From a virus, in the IMG/VR virus record IMGVR_UViG_3300032282_005862, positions 34,630 to 98,629 of that record: 64,000 nucleotides of DNA; one strand, written 5' to 3'. Each line of letters starts with the position of its first letter. Position 1 is the first letter of the stretch. The position numbers were made by a program, and so were the translations under genes. Shown here one piece after another: positions 58,044-64,000 of the stretch. The notes under the pieces are model-generated. The model ran no database searches, was not told where the DNA came from, and was given only the letters and a program-made list of their open reading frames with translations.

Positions 58044-58910
58044 TTAAAGCAAAGTTGATAGTATTTCTTCTTTATTAAAAGCCTGTAATATATTATAATT
58101 GCATTGATGGGGTAGTCCAGCGAACTCTTTTTCCATAACAATCCCATCTATATTATGCGTAAATATTTTAGCATGATCTTTTGCTAGTATATTTTTATGT
58201 ATATTATACCCTAAATGATCTGGATTAGTGCTTATCCAACAAACAGTCGAAGGTAGATTAAGGGCAGCAGATGCATGTTGAGCAAAAGAATCTATAAATA
58301 ATCGTTTTTGACTTAAGCTAATCAGACAAAAAATTTCTCTCCAATGAGCGCTAACTTTTTCTGTATGTTCATATGAAATTTGATCATTTCTTGCTATATG
58401 ATATATATGATAAGTATCTTTTAATTCATTTATTAAATCTTTAACTAAAAATTCTGGTAAATCTCTAGCCCAATTGTAATGATTTGTATCTCCTCCTCCA
58501 TTAGTTTGAAGAAGTAGTAATGGTTTATTTTTATTATATTTTTTAGCAACATCTATAACTTCTGGATAGTTTAAAAATAATCTAGGATTTTCTCCAGTAT
58601 ATTTTAATCCAAACATATTGCACCATGCTTCAATTAAATGTTTTTTTTCTACTACATATGAATGAGACTGATATACTTCATTACCTAAGAATATCACATC
58701 TTTATTTTTTATAAAATCTTCATAAAAATATTGAGCAGTATTTGATCTATAAATTCTATAAATAAATGGATTATTAAGAAAAACTTCTGGATATGGGCAT
58801 ATTACAATCAATTTTCTATCTGGATAATTTTTATTTATATTTTCGACTACAGCAGTTGCTGCTATATGTTTACCTATACCACCTTGTAAAAAAAATACTA
58901 TAGTTTTCAT
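58044..58910 (-). CDS. GT9-like glycosyltransferase
   Basis: QGGIGKHIAAT, YPEVFLNNP, LFIDSFAQHASAAL. Confidence 0.75.
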   Translation of the reverse strand: MKTIVFFLQGGIGKHIAATAVVENINKNYPDRKLIVICPYPEVFLNNPFIYRIYRSNTAQYFYEDFIKNKDVIFLGNEVYQSHSYVVEKKHLIEAWCNMFGLKYTGENPRLFLNYPEVIDVAKKYNKNKPLLLLQTNGGGDTNHYNWARDLPEFLVKDLINELKDTYHIYHIARNDQISYEHTEKVSAHWREIFCLISLSQKRLFIDSFAQHASAALNLPSTVCWISTNPDHLGYNIHKNILAKDHAKIFTHNIDGIVMEKEFAGLPHQCNYNILQAFNKEEILSTLL

Positions 58911-59716
58911 TTTAAATTACGCCAAAATTCTAAATTTGCATATTTATCAGCAACTTCTCCAAGTATTTGATATGCTTTTAGTGGCACTGGTTTTACAACT
59001 GATCTGATTGTATGGAGATCTTTGATTCTATGTATATTATCATCATCTTCTTTTGTAACTTGTATAACATTATCAAAATCATGATTATAATATTCTAAAT
59101 TTAAAAAATCATAAATATTTTTAACAGTTTCTTTTGGATAAGTTGTTAGATTATCAAATTCCATAAAGAATAATCTATCCTTATGTCCTCTATCAATTGC
59201 ATCTTTTAATCTATTAAAAGCAGAACCAAGAGGTTGACCAGCTTCACTCCAAAGCTCGCATCTACCTTTAAGTGTAAGAGATTTTTCATAATTATTTTGT
59301 TCTATATTCCATTGACTTTGACCAGTCGTATTACGCCATAATCCTTCAAAAGATGCAAGAATTTCATTTATATTTCTTACTGTGCAAATTAGTTTTACTT
59401 TTTTATCTAAAGCAAATTCAAGAGTTTCTATCATAGATAACCATCCGCGCCCTTTGTCAAATATAATATTTTTATCTGTTAAATAATAAGAATTTAAAGA
59501 TCCTTTCAATACATTTTTTAATTGATTTCTATTTATTCCTTCTGCTTGATGTTCTATTATTCTATCCCATTGATTTCTAATAGAAAATAATACTTCAACA
59601 CAACCGCTAGTTGCTTTAGTAACAAAAAATTCTGGATTTTGAGCTAAAATATTACAAAGTAATGTAGAGCCTGATCTAGGAAGGCCAGAAATAAAAAATA
59701 CTTGCTTTTCAGACAT
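58907..59716 (-). CDS. PAPS-dependent sulfotransferase
   Basis: 5'-PSB loop FISGLPRSGSTLL, 3'-PB VRN..EILAS, FDNLT..P...V..IY.FL. Confidence 0.85.
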   Translation of the reverse strand: MSEKQVFFISGLPRSGSTLLCNILAQNPEFFVTKATSGCVEVLFSIRNQWDRIIEHQAEGINRNQLKNVLKGSLNSYYLTDKNIIFDKGRGWLSMIETLEFALDKKVKLICTVRNINEILASFEGLWRNTTGQSQWNIEQNNYEKSLTLKGRCELWSEAGQPLGSAFNRLKDAIDRGHKDRLFFMEFDNLTTYPKETVKNIYDFLNLEYYNHDFDNVIQVTKEDDDNIHRIKDLHTIRSVVKPVPLKAYQILGEVADKYANLEFWRNLK

Positions 59717-59722
59717 CTTATT

Positions 59723-59751
59723 ATAATAATAAGATATAATATTAATTTCAA
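59723..59751 (-). promoter_or_regulatory. sigma70-type promoter, leaderless (TTGAAA-17-TATTAT-6-ATG)
   Basis: Read directly from sequence. Confidence 0.6.
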
Positions 59752-59763
59752 GTTAATTTTATA

Positions 59764-62700
59764 TTAATAATAACAATATATATTAACTGTATCCCTTACT
59801 CCAGAAAAACTAGGAGTAAAAGCGGGCGTAAATAATGAACAAACCACATAATCTCCAGCGTTTATAGTTACTGGTGGAGTTATCATTCCAGTGAAATTAT
59901 TGGGAATATTAGTATTGTTACTTAATATACCTGTACTTATTACCCCAGTTTGAGGTGGTATAGTAGATGTATTAATAAAATATCCAGTACAATTTAAAGT
60001 TGGCGAAATCAACGTAGTTCCAGCTATATGTTGCCATGAAGCTTTTCTTGCTATACCTGTTTCTAAAATTTGGATATATCTTCTATTTGGTCCAGATGCA
60101 TTATAACCTAAGTTATGTGGTGCAAAATAGTTATGCGAAGATGCAGTTGGTTGATCACTAGTATGTCCAAAATTTAATATAAAATAATTAGATTTATTAA
60201 TAACTTCTCCATTTAATAAAACTCCACTTCCATTTACTGTTGGCCTAGTAGTAAAATTTTTAGTTCCACTAATTGTTTGATTTCCAGTAGTATAAACAGG
60301 ATTAAATCGATCTGTTATTACTTTTTCCCAAGCGTTATTTTTTCTTATATATAAATTATCATTTACTTTGTTATAAATTGAACCATCATTTTGAGTTGCT
60401 GGTAAATTTGCTGTTTGAATTGAAAAATTTGCTCCACTATTTTGTGAAAGATTTATGCTTCCTCCAGAAATATTTAGTCCAGCATATGTATAAATATTTC
60501 CTCCTGCAGCACCTTGTGCTCCATAAGTATAAATATTTCCTCCATGTCCCCCATCTGACGCAGCGCTAGTGTTAATATTTCCACCTACAGCATTATCTCC
60601 ACCATAAGTATTAATAGATCCTCCAGGTTCACTAGCTCCACCTGGTCTAGTATCTAAACTGCCAGCTCCAGGGTTATTCATGAATATAGAACCTCCGCCA
60701 TCAGAAGTATCTATGATTCCTCCAAAAAGAGATGTATCAATATATCCTCCATTTGCATTTGTGCTAATATAACCTCCACCGTCAGAAGTATTTATGTCTC
60801 CTCCATTTCCCTCCGCATCAGCATATGTATAAATTGATCCTCCAATTTTACTGCCATCTGGGTAACCATATGTATAAATATTACCACCATAATTTGATGC
60901 ATCAATACTTCCTCCTGCATTTGAAAGATTTATATATCCACCATTATTAAAATAAATATTTCCATCTAAAAGGTTAATTCCACTTGTTCCAATTGTCACT
61001 TTATCCATCGCTAAACCACTACCAACATTAGTTGTTCTAAATAAAATATAAGTTCCTTGGCCCGTATAACCAGTTTTTGCAATCCAATTTTCGTCTGCAA
61101 TTAATCTTATTGCTGCTCTACTATTTGATGAATAATCATTTAATCCAGAAACATAACCTCTTGCTTGCAAATTAAATAAAACATCATCTTTTAATACTCC
61201 AGAAAGGCCAGTTGGAATTCCCCTGGCTCTTCTCATTAATATTTGAGCTGGATTAGTTCCATAAGCATCAATTTGTATTCCTACGTTTTCATCTGTATTT
61301 CCCCCAATATTTAAACGATAATCAAGATTAGAACTATTATATCCGTTTTCAGTATAAGCATTAAGAGACATAGTATCTGCAAAGGTTTTGACTCCACTTA
61401 TAGTTTGCTTGCCTTTTGTTAAAACTAAAGTTGGATTATTTATATTGCCACTAACATTTAAATTATTTGCTATATTTAAATTATCACTAAAATAAGCTGT
61501 GCCACTTCCTCTTATATTTCCAGTTACAATAATATCATTTTGAAAATATGTATTTGCTGAAAAAGTTTTAGTTCCAGCTATAGTTTGATTACCCGTAGTA
61601 TAAACAATTGCAGTTGGTAAACTTGCAGCTTCTCCACTTAATAAAACTGGAATTCCATTTACTGTTGGGCGATTTGTTAAGACTATATTTCCGCTTGTTA
61701 TACTTATATCTACTCCAGATAAACTTAAAATATCAATATTATTTAAATCAATAGGAGAATTAAAACTAACTTTTCCAAATATATTTGGTTTAGCAAAATA
61801 TACACCACTTGCAAAATCTATCGTTAGAGTATAAGCTCCAGAAGAATTATGTTGTCGGTTTTGACCATCTCCTAAAATTGCAGATCCATTATGATCAGGA
61901 GCAATAATTGAACAACAACCACCAACTATATAACTATTTGACGCAAGAACTTCATTAAATGCTCCTCCACCAATTATAGAATAAACTCCAGAAATTTTAT
62001 TACGAAATCCACCCATAATACTTGAAGTATCAGAACCATATTTAATTTCATTACCATATCCACCACCAATAAACGAAGTGCCTCCAAAATTACAATTATT
62101 ATATCCAGCGCCAATAAATGACATCTGAGAACAATTATAATTATAATATCCACCTCCAACGAATGAAAGACTTCCGCTTATTTTATTTTCTGCGCCCCCA
62201 ACAATTGAAGAACAATCTGCATTAATTAACTTATTAGAATTTCCTGCAATAATTGCTGAACGATTACTGTCTGTAATTTTATTACTACCTCCACCAATGA
62301 TATTTGAATACATACTAGAACTACCTGTAATTTCATTAGTAGTTCCACCAATGATGTTTGAATAACTACTGGTTGATCTGATACAATTATATGTTCCTCC
62401 AAAAACAAAAGAACCAAATGCATTTGTATTATTTAGATATCCACCAATAATAATTGATTCATTTCCATTTGCATTCGAATAATTTCCACCAATAACTATA
62501 GATTTATTTCCATTAGCATATCCTCCTAATGATCCAATAATATTTCCATAACTATTAGTAACTTGAGCTCCCACCCCTCCTAAAATAACTCCATAGTCTG
62601 ATCTTATTTGATGATTAAATCCTCCACCGATTATAGAATAGTTTCCAGAAATACAATTATTCTCTCCTCCTAATATCAAATTTTGATTACCACTAATAAT

Positions 62701-63060
62701 TTTATTATTTTTTCCAAATATTTTACTTCCAGATATATATTGATCGCCAGTAGTATAAACTATAGTATTTGGTAAAATTGTTAATACTGGATTTCCAGAA
62801 ATATAAAGTGTTCCTCCAGAAATATTAACATTTCCATTTATTAAACTAATATTTGTTCCAGAAAAATCAAATTCACTAATATTACTTAAATCTAAGGCAT
62901 TTAAAATACCAGTGCCTTGAACTTCAAGATTATTAACAAAAGTTTTGTTTCCATTTATTGTTTGATTACCAGTATTATATACCAAATTGGGAGCAATTAC
63001 TTCTTGAGAAAAAATCCCACTTTTACCTACTAAAGTTTTAGCCTTAAATATATTTGCCAT
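59764..63060 (-). CDS. fibre/spike-like virion protein with beta-helix (YadA-like) repeats
   Basis: Five V(Y/L)xxGxQxIxGxKxF connector repeats, many S.IIGG..N repeats and GG.I.T repeats. Confidence 0.75.
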   Translation of the reverse strand: MANIFKAKTLVGKSGIFSQEVIAPNLVYNTGNQTINGNKTFVNNLEVQGTGILNALDLSNISEFDFSGTNISLINGNVNISGGTLYISGNPVLTILPNTIVYTTGDQYISGSKIFGKNNKIISGNQNLILGGENNCISGNYSIIGGGFNHQIRSDYGVILGGVGAQVTNSYGNIIGSLGGYANGNKSIVIGGNYSNANGNESIIIGGYLNNTNAFGSFVFGGTYNCIRSTSSYSNIIGGTTNEITGSSSMYSNIIGGGSNKITDSNRSAIIAGNSNKLINADCSSIVGGAENKISGSLSFVGGGYYNYNCSQMSFIGAGYNNCNFGGTSFIGGGYGNEIKYGSDTSSIMGGFRNKISGVYSIIGGGAFNEVLASNSYIVGGCCSIIAPDHNGSAILGDGQNRQHNSSGAYTLTIDFASGVYFAKPNIFGKVSFNSPIDLNNIDILSLSGVDISITSGNIVLTNRPTVNGIPVLLSGEAASLPTAIVYTTGNQTIAGTKTFSANTYFQNDIIVTGNIRGSGTAYFSDNLNIANNLNVSGNINNPTLVLTKGKQTISGVKTFADTMSLNAYTENGYNSSNLDYRLNIGGNTDENVGIQIDAYGTNPAQILMRRARGIPTGLSGVLKDDVLFNLQARGYVSGLNDYSSNSRAAIRLIADENWIAKTGYTGQGTYILFRTTNVGSGLAMDKVTIGTSGINLLDGNIYFNNGGYINLSNAGGSIDASNYGGNIYTYGYPDGSKIGGSIYTYADAEGNGGDINTSDGGGYISTNANGGYIDTSLFGGIIDTSDGGGSIFMNNPGAGSLDTRPGGASEPGGSINTYGGDNAVGGNINTSAASDGGHGGNIYTYGAQGAAGGNIYTYAGLNISGGSINLSQNSGANFSIQTANLPATQNDGSIYNKVNDNLYIRKNNAWEKVITDRFNPVYTTGNQTISGTKNFTTRPTVNGSGVLLNGEVINKSNYFILNFGHTSDQPTASSHNYFAPHNLGYNASGPNRRYIQILETGIARKASWQHIAGTTLISPTLNCTGYFINTSTIPPQTGVISTGILSNNTNIPNNFTGMITPPVTINAGDYVVCSLFTPAFTPSFSGVRDTVNIYCYY

Positions 63061-63135
63061 ATCCTTATTCTTTTTATTAGCTTGCGCTAATTTGTCGCTT
63101 TTAAAGGCGAACTAAAGAATCTAATAAAATTACAC
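63061..63135 (-). promoter_or_regulatory. GTGTAA motif plus structured 5' leader (three-way junction with GCAA tetraloop)
   Basis: ATTCTTT/AAAGAAT encloses TCGC..GCGA and ATTAGC-GCAA-GCTAAT, followed by AAGGAT-ATG. Confidence 0.5.
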
Positions 63136-63144
63136 TTAATAGTA

Positions 63145-64000
63145 TTACTGTATGCTTGCAAAAGTATGTATTTTTGCACCATTTTCAGTTAAATCATCAG
63201 ATAATAAACCTGTATAACCTGTCATGTTAATATTACTTATAGTTAAATTATACAATATATTCCCTGGAACTTCTAATGTAGCTTGAATTTTAGGTATTAA
63301 ATTAAAAGGTATTGGATAATTTATTTGATAAGCATCACTACCAGGTGTTAATGATGTTGTAAATATTTGTTGATTAGATAATATTGTATTTATTTGATTT
63401 TGAAGATTTGAACCCGTTGTGTTTAAATTAATTATTGTTGCAAATTTATTATCTGCTACTCCACTGTAAGCTATAATATTTTGTACAGATGCAATATCAG
63501 ATAAAGGTGAAAGATCACTATTTCTTGTGCTTATGCCAAACTTAAATTTATTACTATGATCAAAGCCTATAATTGGACCACTATCATTTAGTCCAGTTAA
63601 TCCCGCTCCAGTAACAAAGAAAATTCCACCATCAACTGCTCCTCCAGTAAGATTTAAAAGAAGATAAGGACTTTGAACGCTAAAATTTGTTGTATTTACA
63701 ATAGTTTGAGTTCCAGTAACAATAAGATTATTAATAGTAGTATTACCATTAAAAGTTTTATTTCCTAATATAAGTTGATCACCATAAGTAAGTACAGAGA
63801 CTCCACTTAAGTCATTTATTTTTTTATCTAAAGTTGAGCCTGTTAAAGCAATATTTGTAAATATTGTTCCACCAGTAATATTCAAATTCGTTGCAAGCGT
63901 ATTTCCAGTCGTAGCTAAATTCGTTGTAAGCGTATTAATATTCGTTTGCAACGTAGTTCCAGTCGTATTCAAATTCGTTGCAAGCGTATTTCCAGTCGTA
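63145..64000 (-). CDS. fibre-like virion protein with T/N-rich coiled-coil repeats (5'-truncated by window)
   Basis: TTGNTLATNL repeats. VLTYGDQLILGNKTF connector shared with 59764-63060. Confidence 0.7.
   Translation of the reverse strand, partial: TTGNTLATNLNTTGTTLQTNINTLTTNLATTGNTLATNLNITGGTIFTNIALTGSTLDKKINDLSGVSVLTYGDQLILGNKTFNGNTTINNLIVTGTQTIVNTTNFSVQSPYLLLNLTGGAVDGGIFFVTGAGLTGLNDSGPIIGFDHSNKFKFGISTRNSDLSPLSDIASVQNIIAYSGVADNKFATIINLNTTGSNLQNQINTILSNQQIFTTSLTPGSDAYQINYPIPFNLIPKIQATLEVPGNILYNLTISNINMTGYTGLLSDDLTENGAKIHTFASIQ
63879..64000. repeat. 87-nt period direct repeat (35-nt exact copies at 63879-63913 and 63966-64000)
   Basis: TATTCAAATTCGTTGCAAGCGTATTTCCAGTCGTA occurs twice, in frame with the fibre ORF. 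Confidence 0.85.

Noticed and set aside
4983-62423. Short antisense or nested ORFs in the track (e.g. 4983-5282, 20789-21103, 21256-21621, 47145-47471, 49391-49702)
   Set aside because: They lie entirely within well-supported genes and have no motifs or expression signals of their own.
1-64000. Alternative genetic code (stop-codon reassignment)
   Set aside because: Conserved genes (dnaE, dnaB, gmd, gpJ, TMP) are full length under the standard code with high coding density.
63879-64000. CRISPR array or DGR template/variable repeat
   Set aside because: The repeats are in frame within a coding sequence, the intervening sequence is itself repeat-derived, there are no adenine-specific mismatches, and no reverse transcriptase lies in the window.

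Overview
A 64-kb, very AT-rich, gene-dense segment of a large tailed dsDNA bacteriophage with a siphovirus-type tail, using the standard genetic code. The host cannot be determined from this window. From left to right it contains: (1) the 3' end of an IMPDH/GMP-reductase gene and small accessory ORFs; (2) an RNA island with an unassigned ~320-nt structured ncRNA on the minus strand (own consensus sigma70 promoter), a phage tmRNA with an unusually long tag, and an HNH-type endonuclease; (3) a ~13-kb glycan cluster (glycosyl- and methyltransferases, RfbH/DdhC 3-dehydrase, RmlB-like 4,6-dehydratase, a split ThDP enzyme, an SDR, Gmd, and an NTP-transferase/HAD/kinase fusion); (4) a bacterial-type replication and recombination module (RecA, DnaB, ThyX, DnaG, GIY-YIG/AP2 endonuclease, PD-(D/E)XK nuclease, and DnaE split into PHP, exonuclease and catalytic genes) followed by more glycosyltransferases; (5) a lambda-like tail tip (M-L-K-I-J) converging on a 2074-aa tape measure gene, then tail tube and neck genes, a sulfotransferase/GT9 pair and fibre genes. 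Two regulatory patterns are visible: sigma70 promoters placed to give leaderless or near-leaderless mRNAs (enzyme genes) and a GTGTAA motif upstream of virion genes and the tmRNA. The leading candidates for new biology are the ncRNA and a possible virion glycosylation/sulfation system (branched deoxysugar pathway plus S/T-G-rich virion proteins). All protein calls come from motif recognition by eye; no database searches were run.
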